Source of the DNA: Camelus ferus
Lineage: Eukaryota
NCBI RefSeq assembly: GCF_009834535.1
Contig: NC_045697.1
Span: 96,598,001-96,662,000 of the forward strand
Reading direction: 5' to 3'
Length of the DNA: 64,000 nucleotides
Shown here: one piece after another, positions 1-10,480 of the stretch
How positions within the stretch are numbered: the stretch's first letter is position 1
Layout of the letters: each line of letters starts with the position of its first letter
Translations under genes and position numbers: made by a program
The notes under the pieces: generated by a model
What the model was told of the DNA's origin: nothing
Databases searched by the model: none
Seen by the model: only the letters and a program-made list of their open reading frames with translations

Positions 1-544
1 ATTCCTCCCTCAAATTAGTCTTGAAATGAAAAGACACTATTTCAGAAAAATTATGATGAAAAATGAGAGGTAAGTGAAATTCAAGAACTTTTCTCTCAAG
101 ATGAAAAAAAAAAAAGAGGAAAGAAAGTGAAAGGTGGGTGGGTGGGAGGAAGAGAGAGGGAGGGAGGAAGGTGGGAAGGAGTAATCGTGTGAGAGATGCA
201 CTGGTCCTTGTAATAAAAGACTTCAGATTAGAATCCTCTATCAGTAGAATCTGAGAACATGCTCAAAAAACCAAAATTTTCATCTCATATATAAATAGAA
301 TAAGGAAGCTAGATAGCATTTTGTCATGATACAGAAAGCATTTTCTTGTTTTTCCAAAAATATAAAAGTAAATTATAAACTCCAAAACAAAATTTAAACA
401 CTGTGTAATAAAGCCAAGACACTATTTTGAAGCAAACTGAAATAGAGCAAAACAAAAATGCTGTCATTACTAGGAACATTCTCCTTTGAGTAGCACAGGA
501 GTCCTGACACTGGATACATAAAAACAGCAGCAGCAATAGTAATG

Positions 545-790
545 GCAACCCGCATCTATCAAAACCCGACTATTTACCACGCACTATTATTCCATGATCT
601 TTTCATGTAGTGAATCATTTGATTCTCAATACAGTCCTATGAAGTTAAGTCCTATTTCATAGTTTACAGATTAAGAAACTAAAGAACAGAGAGTTTATGT
701 AATTTGTTCTAAGTTATATTCCTTAGGAAGTGCTGGGCCTGAAATTTTAATATAGCCAGATTGGTTCTAAAGCTTGAGCCTTTAATTACT
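545..790 (-). mobile_element. MIR SINE fossil
   Basis: Degenerate match to the reverse MIR core (tttacagattaagaaactaaagaacagagagtttatgtaatttgttctaag). Boundaries approximate. Confidence 0.7.
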
Positions 791-2729
791 GTTTTTATGT
801 CTTCTGCAAAAATATTATTCCACAGGCATTCTTGTTTCTAAATTAACCAATGTTAATTGAAGACAATTGAGATAAATGATTAAGACTAACACTAATTTCA
901 ATCTACGAAGCATGTTAATCATGATTATTTGGGGAAGGCCCCATTTTTCTCTTATTGGGCTGGCTGTCTCTTTTGCCTCTCCCTCTCACCTTCTCCCATA
1001 TAATCTGTCCCCATTCTTGCTATATTAGTAATTTAATAACCTGTTCATAATCTGGTGTGTAATCGTTCACATTCCCCCATGCTCTTACAATCATATGCCA
1101 GTGCATCAGGGCATATGTTTCAACACACAAATACAAATAATTGCCTGGAACCAGCTGCGTTTCCAGTCTCTGATAACTCCCTGGATGTTGGTAAGCTGTT
1201 TTAGTCTGAATACTCAGGTCTATTTTAACTTACTTATTCATTGCTTATATTCTATGTTTATTTTCTTCCTTAAAATTAATCTAAATGTATCATGCTGTTG
1301 TGTTTTTCCCTCTTTTTATACTATTAAAATGCACTTAAAGAAATTTCTTCCAACTTGTTTGCCAGGTCACTAATTTAGGCCTCAAAAGACAATCTTATTT
1401 TTTAACTAACATAAGAGAAATATTTCCTTGTTATTCAGAATTCAGACTTTTTTCCCCCCTTGCTTAACTACACGCCTGTGTGAGTGTATGGATGGATGCT
1501 GAAGCATCGAAATTTCCCTAATTGTTGTTAACTAATTTTTTCTGTTCAAATTATCAGCCTCCTCCAGCACCTTTACTGCAATGGTTACGCATTCTGCGAG
1601 TATAAGTTTTATTCATTCTCTGGCTGCCTCAGCTATGTATAAAACCCATCCTGTTAGTCTCGCAGTAGACTGGGCACAATCCCTCATGTGAAAAGGAACA
1701 GCCATCTCTCCATCAATGGACCAGTGACACAGAATCAGGCAAGCCGCAGTCCCAGCCCCCAGCTAAGATATTTAGAATATCAAGCACATCCATGGGGCTG
1801 ACTTAAGCCTCCCTACAACAGTCCCCACAGCTCTGAGTCACATTTTTTTGAGGAGCTGCACCCTTGTGATCTTCAAAAGATTCTCTGACAAGGGACTCCA
1901 GACAGTTGGCCTCACCCATAGCAGAGAAACCCCACATCAGTTTTCTTGGGCCAACTCCCATAGAGGCCAAAGGATGAACTCCGACCCAGACACTTGATTT
2001 CCAAAATTTCAAATCTGGAGAGGCAGACAGATTAGAGATGGACACAGCTGAGAATGAGCTGCAGTGTGAGGAGTACAGCTATTGGACAAAACCCCCTGTG
2101 GGATTTTTCCAGGCCCAACAACAGGCAATTCCAAAGGCCTCCCTGGCAGACGTCGGAGGAAAGCTGCCCTCCCTACAGCAGACCTGCAGCACAGCCAAGG
2201 CACTGCAGTCTCTCAGGGGAGTAACAGTGAAGGACCCAGCCCCCTGGCCACCATGTCTTCCTCCTCTCTGCACTCCCAGTCCCGGTGCCTCCACGTGGAG
2301 GCCTCCTTAGAGGAGAGGAGCTCAGCTGAGGCCTTCCCCAGCCATCTCTGCCAAGAGCACCTTCCGGGGCCAGAGGCCTTGAAGACAGCTTTCTCCACTC
2401 AGATTCAGGGTGCGATACTTCCCATTCTAGCCCTCTTCCCTCATCCTTCTCCCCACATCCCCACCAGGAGCCTTAGTTTCCATTTCCCTCGGCAGTGAGA
2501 CAATCCCCATGTCTTCACTGAACTTCCTGACTCTCACCTTTCCTTGTCCCAAGGAGAAAAACGGAAGATTTGGGGAACCGATGCCTTCTCCTGTTTGGCC
2601 TCCCATCTACATTACCTCAGTGCATTGAGGACTTAACCGCTGACACCTGGCAGCACTTGGCAGTGCCTGGCGGCTCAGGCGTCTCCAATTCAGCTCAGCT
2701 GGCGGCACAGCAGACGCCGGGAGTGGCCG

Positions 2730-3133
2730 CGCAGTCACCCCTTCAGGCCCAGGCACTGCCCCAAGCTTCCAAATCCTTGGCTTCCGAGAGTTTTCAGTTG
2801 ACTGGCCTCCCATAAATTTCCCACAGCCTCAGGAAGCTACCAAGACCAAGTTTACGCTGTAGCTAGTGTGCGACAACCAGTACAAGAAGAGACAGGAAGG
2901 TCCGCTTCACCCCACTACGCGCTCCCCACCCCTGACCTTGAAGAGGGCCTGTGAAGAGTCAACCCAGCAAGACCAGCTGGGGCCTCTGACTTAAGTGTAA
3001 GCGCTTGGCTGTTCAATCACCCATTCTGCCCAATCCTACACCTTCACTCCGTAAGTGACGCCAGGGCACTTCCCCCAAGGTGGCACAGACTCAAAGTGAA
3101 CCTCGCAGTCTGTTTCCCACTGCACCTAAGACA
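2730..3133 (+). mobile_element. Ancient ERVL LTR (LTR16-like)
   Basis: The 3' part cccattctgcccaatcctacaccttcactcc...gtctgtttccc...cctaagaca resembles the recalled LTR16 3' end. A reverse-oriented relative lies at about 55260-55560. The 5' boundary is uncertain. Confidence 0.6.
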
Positions 3134-3293
3134 AGAGTCCATTTTTCTTTACCATAATTTCCCTTTAAATGTATAGGCAAACAGTAGACAAAGCAGAAAA
3201 ACCTAATTATGGTGAGTTTAAGTATAAAGAATAGATGGTAGGAGAGAGAAAGTTGGGAAAAGAGAGGGAAGAAAGGTGCGTTAATATTCTTAC

Positions 3294-3400
3294 CTTGAAC
3301 AGTGGTCATAGACAGCTAAGGCGGCAACAGAACCGGGCAGAGCGGCGCGGACCGGCGTCTGGCAGGAGCAGCCGTGAGCACGCGCGGGCCGTGAGCACGC
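3294..3400 (-). other. Putative first exon of an unidentified minus-strand transcript
   Basis: The minus strand reads ...gccgccttagctgtctATGACCACTGTTCAAG|GTAAGA, a strong U2 donor directly downstream of the CpG island. TSS position is a guess. The ATG would give MTTVQ before the intron. Confidence 0.5.
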
Positions 3401-3620
3401 GCAGTTGCTGGGTACGGGGTGGGCGGGGCTCGTGGGCCTGCACGCGTAGTGGGCGGCCCTGCTGCTGACGCAGCTTCAGGAGCTAAGGCTAATCCTAGCC
3501 CTCACCTGCTGCTAACGTAGCTGCAGGAGCACGCTGCCTGGTGTCAACACCAGCCAGGTGCACGCCCTTTGGCTGGGAGCTAGTGCAGGCCCGCCATATT
3601 GAGAAAAAAAAAAGGTATCG
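3320..3620 (-). promoter_or_regulatory. Small CpG island, putative promoter
   Basis: The only strongly CpG-dense patch in the window. It has a GC box GGGCGGGG (3421), a second GGGCGG (3451), a YY1-type CCGCCATATT (3591-3600), a TGACG half-CRE and two NRF1-like GCACGCGC motifs. Strand is inferred from the splice donor at 3293. Confidence 0.7.
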
Positions 3621-3639
3621 GAAATTGATGGAAATTTAA

Positions 3640-3940
3640 CAGATTTAAAGATGGACTCGATATTATATAGAAAATCATTTTCTTAAATATGAAAATAACA
3701 TTATGGTTATGTAAGAAAATATCTTAGTTTCAAGGAAAACATCATTGGTATACAAAGGTGAAATATAACATCAACAATTTAAAATAATTCAGCTCAAGTA
3801 TATAAATAGATATAGCATATATAGAAAAATATTCTATTAGCTAAGCCTATGTGATGAGTTTAAATACACTTAGTCATTTTGCTCTGGTTTTTGCTGTTTT
3901 GTATATTTTTATAAAGTTTTTATAATACAGTAAATAAAAG
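3640..3940 (+). mobile_element. Old L1 (L1MC/L1ME-type) 3' UTR fragment
   Basis: aacattatggttatgtaagaaaatatcttagttt... resembles old L1M 3' ends and the element at 57540-57820. Confidence 0.5.
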
Positions 3941-5179
3941 TATGAATTAATGAAATATTAATTTAAATTCCAGAATATTACTTGATGATAAAAATGACTA
4001 AAATGATCAACTATAACCTGAAATTAAAGCGAGGTGACTTGAAGTGAATTCTATGTGTTCTCATTTTCATCTGTCATAGAAAGTAGTAACAAATGTTAAT
4101 ACTCATATTTCAAGAAATGCTTGTATAAAAAAATGACAATATTGTTGCGAAAAACAAGAGAACCTCAAATGTAGACATTTAAAAATCATTGCTTCTACAG
4201 AGGGATAGTGGAACTGTGATTCCAAAAGGGACGTGTGGGATGATTTTTTTTGCAGGTTTTCTATAATCATGGCTTTCACCATCTGTATTTTTTACATCAA
4301 TAATAGAAATAAAATTGATTAAATAAAAATAATCCGTGTTGACTATCATGAATTAAATACTCTGTCTTTCTTTTTATCCTAATTTTCATGAAATATATAA
4401 AGAGACTCTCGTGTTATGATTTGTTTTGAATTTTATTGGTAGGTGACAATATATGCTTCAAAGGTATCTATTCTCCAAAATCTCATAGGAAGAGAAATAA
4501 TTCACAAGTTAGGTGCAGCCTTCCACAGAGCATAGCCCATTGTTACTGCTTTCAATTGCCACTTTGATCAAGAATGTTCCCTATAGCTCTATAAAGCAAA
4601 TAATATATTATCAGGAAATCATCCCAAATATCAAAAACCCTGTTTCAATGACATAATTTTTTTCCACATTGGACTTCAAATTTACCCAGGGATTTGAAGT
4701 ACTCTGATTTATTTTATGATTTGACTTTTCTGTATAAAATACAACTTTTTTACATAACTTTGCTATTCCAGGTCATGTTACAAGTATAAATGACAGAAGT
4801 AGTGAAGTAGTGACCTACCTGAGAATGTCTGCATGTGGTTATTAAGTTCCCAGGCATTTCGGTCTGCTTGAGCTTCTCCTGGAAATAGGGCATGGCAGTG
4901 TGGCTTGTGACTCCAGCAGTGTATTTTTCATGTTGCTTATATGGGATTTGAACGACTAGTTACAGTATCTCCTAGCACTCACATGTCAGTTTTTCACCAG
5001 TTTAGCTGTACTAGTTAATTACTAGCTCTAGGTAGCTCTTTTGCTTTATTCATTTACAGGAATGACAAAGTGTTATGTGATAAAATTGATTAAAAGGAAT
5101 GTGGTAAATGCTGGATCTTAAATATCACTTGTCCTCTACAGCATCTTGTTTATATAAAATAAGTCCTAATTTAAAGGGT

Positions 5180-5221
5180 TTATAAATAAATTATATATAA
5201 TTATAAATAAATTATATATAT
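5180..5221. repeat. 21-bp AT-rich tandem duplication
   Basis: ttataaataaattatatataa followed by ttataaataaattatatatat. Confidence 0.85.
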
Positions 5222-5405
5222 TTAATTATATGATAATCCGTAATTTACACATGTACATTTATTTACATATAATTTGTATATCCACTAATTCACATATAGT
5301 CTATCTCTCAAAATGTATAATATATACATCAGCAGTAATAGAGATTCAGAATTACATTGGAGGCAACACTCTGATGAGGATGGTAGAAGAAAACTGATTG
5401 GATGT

Positions 5406-5869
5406 TGTGGGGCTGCACCATGCTGGCCTGCAAGGCCTGTGCTTACCCAGCTTCAAGACCAAGGAAAGAGCCTGGAGTCAGCAACAGAGACATCAGTGGT
5501 TTAATGGATAGGGGTGCCTACATGTCTGAAGCAAGGTCCTGGTATGATACCCCACTGTGTGCGGCAGACAGCAAGGCAGGACAAGGTGGTAGTCTTTGCT
5601 CTTGGTCGGAGTAGGGGGTTAGCAGCTATACGGGGAATTGACCTCTGGTTGGCTCATCTGTTACCAGGGAAAGCAGCAGAGGGGCGTGCCCCTCACCTTC
5701 CCTTTTGATAAGCATATTGGAGAGTTCTGATCTAAAGTTAGAAAGATCACTAGCTGGGGCAAGTGTGTAGGAAGGTCAGTCCTGTGAGTAAGGTGCATGT
5801 GAAGCAGGCACTGTTTGAGCAGGGGATGGACAGACAGTAAGAGACCATCTTGAGTGGCCTGACCATACA
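5406..5869 (-). mobile_element. Solo LTR with 5-bp TSD (ERVL-type by TSD length), copy 1
   Basis: TG...CA termini and a perfect TSD gatgt at 5401-5405 and 5870-5874. A minus-strand ATTAAA near 5500 gives the orientation. Homologous over its length to 36345-36789. Confidence 0.9.
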
Positions 5870-6039
5870 GATGTTCTGTTTAAAAATTCAGTAACACATT
5901 TTACATAGTGACATTTTTTATCAACAAATACCACATCTGTTTTTGAAGGAAAGGTGTTAAACTGAGAATGCTATCTATTAATGATCAAGCTTATATTTTT
6001 CCAATAATAAAACATTTACTTATAATGAAGAGTTGCAGT

Positions 6040-6270
6040 AGAATAATAGGAAAAGAAAAGAAAAAAAAACCGCACATAGAATCTGAACTTAGTCTGAATC
6101 CAAGTTATTACTATATGACCTTGAGCAACTCATGTACTCTCTGAAATTCATTTTTCCCATCTGTAAAATGGAGGTGAGAACAGTAACAGCAACCTCCCAG
6201 GGTTTCTGCAACTATCATGTGAGATAAAGTATATGAGAGTTCTTTGGAAATTTGCTCAAAAATGTTAGCT
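6040..6270 (+). mobile_element. MIR SINE fossil
   Basis: atatgaccttgagcaactca...ttttcccatctgtaaaatggag matches the MIR core. Confidence 0.75.
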
Positions 6271-7749
6271 AATTTAATTTAATTAGCTAGAGGTCATATT
6301 CTAATGTACTTGACATCTACATTCTATTTCATTCCCATTTAGAGTTAGGAAAAGTCATTCACTAATCATAAGGTTATTATTAAAACTTGTTTATAATTCA
6401 AAGGAGGCAAATGTTAATCAGACAAATTAAAAATGCCACAAATTAGAAATAGCAACATTTTCCTTCTGGGGTAAGTATGCATGGCATATGGGAATTTAGT
6501 GTTAGATAGATGACTGTAGTAATAACAATAGATAATTAAATTCATGTGTTCAAGTGGCCTCATTTTTATCTGAGTGTGTGTGCACATGAATACAGAAAAT
6601 AAGCAGTTTAAGATAATATTTTCCTGTTTATAAGTTACCATTTGTTAACATAAATTATATTTGTCAAAGTCCAATAAAAATACAATATAAATTCAAGTTG
6701 TATTTCATTATTATTACATAGATTCACAAATATAAAGAGAAGTAATATATCACCTCTTTCCTACTATAAAATCAACTTATATACATAAAGTCTCTTGTGA
6801 AATATCTTTATAAGGAAATAAGTTGCCTTAAGAGCCCATTCTAAAATTGATTACTCCACATATTCTTATTTAAATAAATTATCACAAATAGGCTATTTTA
6901 AATAGAATTACTTACAAGTACATTCTCCCACTGGAGCTAAAAATGAAAAGACCATTTTTCCAAAAGCTTTTTTTTTTTTTTTGCCATTGATAGTATGTTT
7001 AAAATAACCTATCATACCTCAATGAGGTAAATTTATTCAGCGCTCTGTATAGCGCTCTTTAACTTCACCTAATTGTTAAGATTGTTCTATAAATAGTTAT
7101 GTAATGGTTTTGCTACACACTGTTTAATTTGCTTCCAAGTATGTGTTAATACACTACTCTCCAATGCGAAGAATTTAAAGTTGTCTTTAATGCAGGTTAA
7201 TTTACAAATTTCACATTTTTAATTTTTAGCTTTTTTGAAGATTTAATAAAAAGGATAAATTAGAAACCTTTCAAATGATAAGAGAAAACTTTTTATGCTC
7301 TGTAAATTTTGTGAATGTTACATATTGTTAAAGTATACCATAAAGAGGCAATATCTACCATCTATATCTATTAAAATAATGTTTTAATTTGTTTTAAAAT
7401 AGAGAACTGGGGAAAAATAAGACTCCATTAGTTAGTAGCACCTGAAAGCATCTTTTTATGTGGAGAGCACTACACTTTTAACACATGTATTCTTAAATTG
7501 ACTAAAAAAGATGTATAATGACCATCAAAGGGTCCCTTAACAAAGAATAGCAAATTTTAATAATGACAAATCATTAACAATTTAAGATGACAAAGTATGC
7601 ATTAATTATTTTTATTCATACTCAATTTTTATGAGGCAATTATATGAAATGGGTTTTTAATATTCATCAAGTTAAACAGAAGCAAATATGCGAGTGAGTG
7701 AAACAATTCTCTTCTGGAAGAGAGCTGAGGGAATCAGGTAACTACAAAA

Positions 7750-7987
7750 AATAGGCTCTGAAGACTGGTCCTGAGCATGAACTCCAGTGCCCTACTGTCT
7801 GGGTGTATCTTCTGGCTCAGCTACTGACTCTAACCTGGTCAAGATTTCTCATTTTTGCATAATTTTTTTCAAGTGTAAAATGGGAGTCATAACAGAATTG
7901 ACCTTCTAGAATTTCTCTGAGCATTAAAATTATAAGCTTTAAAGCAGTGCACGTAAGAAGTGCTGAATATGTTTAACTGTTGTTATT
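7750..7987 (+). mobile_element. MIR SINE fossil
   Basis: tgtaaaatgggagtcataacag...gaagtgctgaatatgtttaactgttgttatt resembles the MIR core and tail. Confidence 0.6.
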
Positions 7988-8329
7988 GGCCGTTACTTCC
8001 TTGATACTAAATTTAAATTATCAGCCATGCATAAATTTGTTGTTCTGTTTCCAGTGAGAAGTAGCCAAAAGCCATGATGAGTGAATTAATAATAAAATGC
8101 ATTGCTGAAGGAAACTGTGTACTAGAAATACAGGAAGACCCATGTAGAAGAAATAAATAAAATACTTAAGAAAGAAAAAACAATAGAGATAATTGCATTT
8201 TTCTCCAACTCTATTTTCCAGGTGGTGGGGAAGTGAGGGGAGTCGGGGTGGGGATTGGGGTGGTTAGGCCTGGATTAAAGGCCAAATGGTGAGTACCATG
8301 AGTTCCTCTTTTGGTTAGATGAACTGAAG

Positions 8330-8900
8330 TTTCTATATAAAACTACTATGTGGATATTTAACATTTTCTCGAAAACATTTTTTGTAGAGAGCCCAAAGTA
8401 TTTCATCTATTGCCTGTTTTCTTTCAACGTAAACTTTTTCTTTTTTTGATAGCATCCTTCTTTTTTGGCACAGTAAGATGTTTCAGCTAATCTATATTTC
8501 CTCATGCAGCTTTTGCTGCTCTTTTTATCAGTGAAAGGTATTTAGAGAAGTCACAATCCAGATGCCACTCAGTGGTGGCCACTTCTTGGGATTTTCAAGA
8601 GACAGAGCTAGCAAAAATTTACTTTAGAAACAAAACAAATGTATGTATTCATAATGTATCTCCAATTTAAATTTTCTACCACTGGATATTTATCTGATCT
8701 GTTTTCTTTTAAATGTATGTTTATTTTCTCTTTTACTGAAAATTTTGGTTTCAAGATAAAGTTAATGTTATTACTTTTTGCTTTATCCAATTATAAATAA
8801 ATTAGTTTCAATGTAATAACACCAGAATTGCTAATAAAATAAGAAAGCTGAATGAATTTCAAGAATTCTTTGCAGTTCAGCTTTTCCTTGAAATACATTA
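8330..8900 (-). mobile_element. Old L1 (L1MC-type) 3' fragment
   Basis: ttttatcagtgaaaggtatttagag...acaatccagatgc...gacagagctag resembles a reverse L1MC 3' UTR. Highly degenerate. Confidence 0.4.
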
Positions 8901-9212
8901 TTTCTCTAAGTTTGAATAGAAAAATCTAACATGTTATGAATTAACCTTAAGAGAAAATACATTTTAAATCAACCATGATATATAATTAGTTTCATTAGTT
9001 TTGATTTTAGGAAATTTTTACTTTCTGATTCAGTTTTATTTGATTATGTAAGAATATGAAAAGGTTGCAAATTACAATCTATGTAACAAGATATTTGGAT
9101 AAAAGCTTGCCTTTACTCCTGTCTCCCCCATTTTTACTTTTTCTCCCCATAGAGATAACTGGAAAGAAATTATATACACTATTCAATATTGTGCCTTTTT
9201 CACACATAAGTA

Positions 9213-9682
9213 CAGGCATACCTCAGAAATACTGTGAGTTTGGTTCCAAACCAGTGCAATAAAGTAAATATTGAAATAAAGCAAATCACAGGAATTTTTT
9301 GGTTTCTCAGTGCATATAAAAGTTATCTTTACACTATATTGTAGTCTATTAAGCATGCAATAGTACTATGTCTGAAAAATAAATGTATGTACCTTAATTA
9401 AAAACCGCTTTATTACCAAAAATTTCTAACCATCATCTGAGCCTTCAGCGAGATGTAGTAGAAACATCAGAGATCACTGAACACAGATCACCTTAACAAA
9501 TATAATAATAATGAGAAAGCTTGAAATATTGCAAAAATTACCAAAATGTGGCAGACAAGAAGTAAGCAAGGACTGTTGGAAAAAAATGGTACCAATAGAC
9601 TTGCTTGATACAAGGTTGCCACATTCAGTTTTCTTTAAAAAATGTAGTTATCTCTAAAATGCAATAAAATGAAGTATGTCTG
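9213..9682. mobile_element. Internally deleted Tigger1 DNA transposon (Tigger1a_Art-like)
   Basis: TIRs caggcatacctc... and ...gaagtatgtctg flanked by TA duplications at 9211-9212 and 9683-9684. The interior matches recalled Tigger1 ends. No transposase. Confidence 0.9.
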
Positions 9683-9699
9683 TATATCATAAAAATCAC

Positions 9700-10480
9700 A
9701 TTATACCACTGTATAAAGATTATATGTATTCTTTTTTAGGGTTACAGGGTGTCCTACTGCATTATATACAGGATTTAATGAACACCGTTTCCTACTGAAG
9801 GACACTAAGTTGTTTTCAGTAGTTTGCTCTTAAGAATATCACAATGGGTTTAAGTCATTTAATATGTTTGTCAATGTATCTTGGTGATAGATTCCTGAAG
9901 TGGAATCATAGAGTACATTCAGTGTGTCATTTTGCTGTTGTTACTGACTGTTCCTCCATACCTGTAATGCCTTTTTTTCCCCAGTATATATAAGCAGTAT
10001 ATATATGAGACTACATTTCTCCACAGCTTCATTACCAAAATATTTTGTCATGCTTTTAGAATTTTACCAATCTGATGAGACAGAGATGTTTGTTCTTCCC
10101 TTATTATGTGTGAGAAGGAGCAATTTTTTTTATGTTAAAGAATTTTTTTTCTCAGTGAATATATTGTTTATCTCTAGTTTATGTCATTTATTTATTATGC
10201 TATAGGTTGCTCTTTATTCCTTAATATTGATAGGAATATAAACTCTGTGTCTTATAAATTGGAAATATTATTTCCCAGTTGCTGTTTGGTTTTGACTAAC
10301 CTTATTGTGCTTTTCTTATCATTTTATCCCATTAAGAACTTCACACCAATTTTCTTCTAGTTCATATATATTTCTGTTTCTTACATTTTGTTGTGTAATC
10401 AATTTGGAATTTATCCTAGAGTGGGAAGGGAAAAAAATCCATCTTATCTTTTATCAAATAGCTATCCAGTTGTCATGAGA
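9700..10480 (-). mobile_element. Old L1 (L1ME-type) fragment adjoining the Tigger
   Basis: Degenerate reverse L1 motifs: cctactgaaggacactaagttgttttcag, gatagattcctgaagtggaatc, atttctccacagc. Confidence 0.55.

Noticed and set aside
47..75. Plus-strand micro-exon ending at AG|GTAAGT (69/70)
   Set aside because: Weak acceptor and no supporting context. Isolated GTAAGT motifs occur repeatedly in this window.
2038..2498. ORFs of 90 and 138 aa as a protein-coding gene
   Set aside because: No recognisable domain, and overlapping ORFs on both strands are expected in GC-rich sequence.
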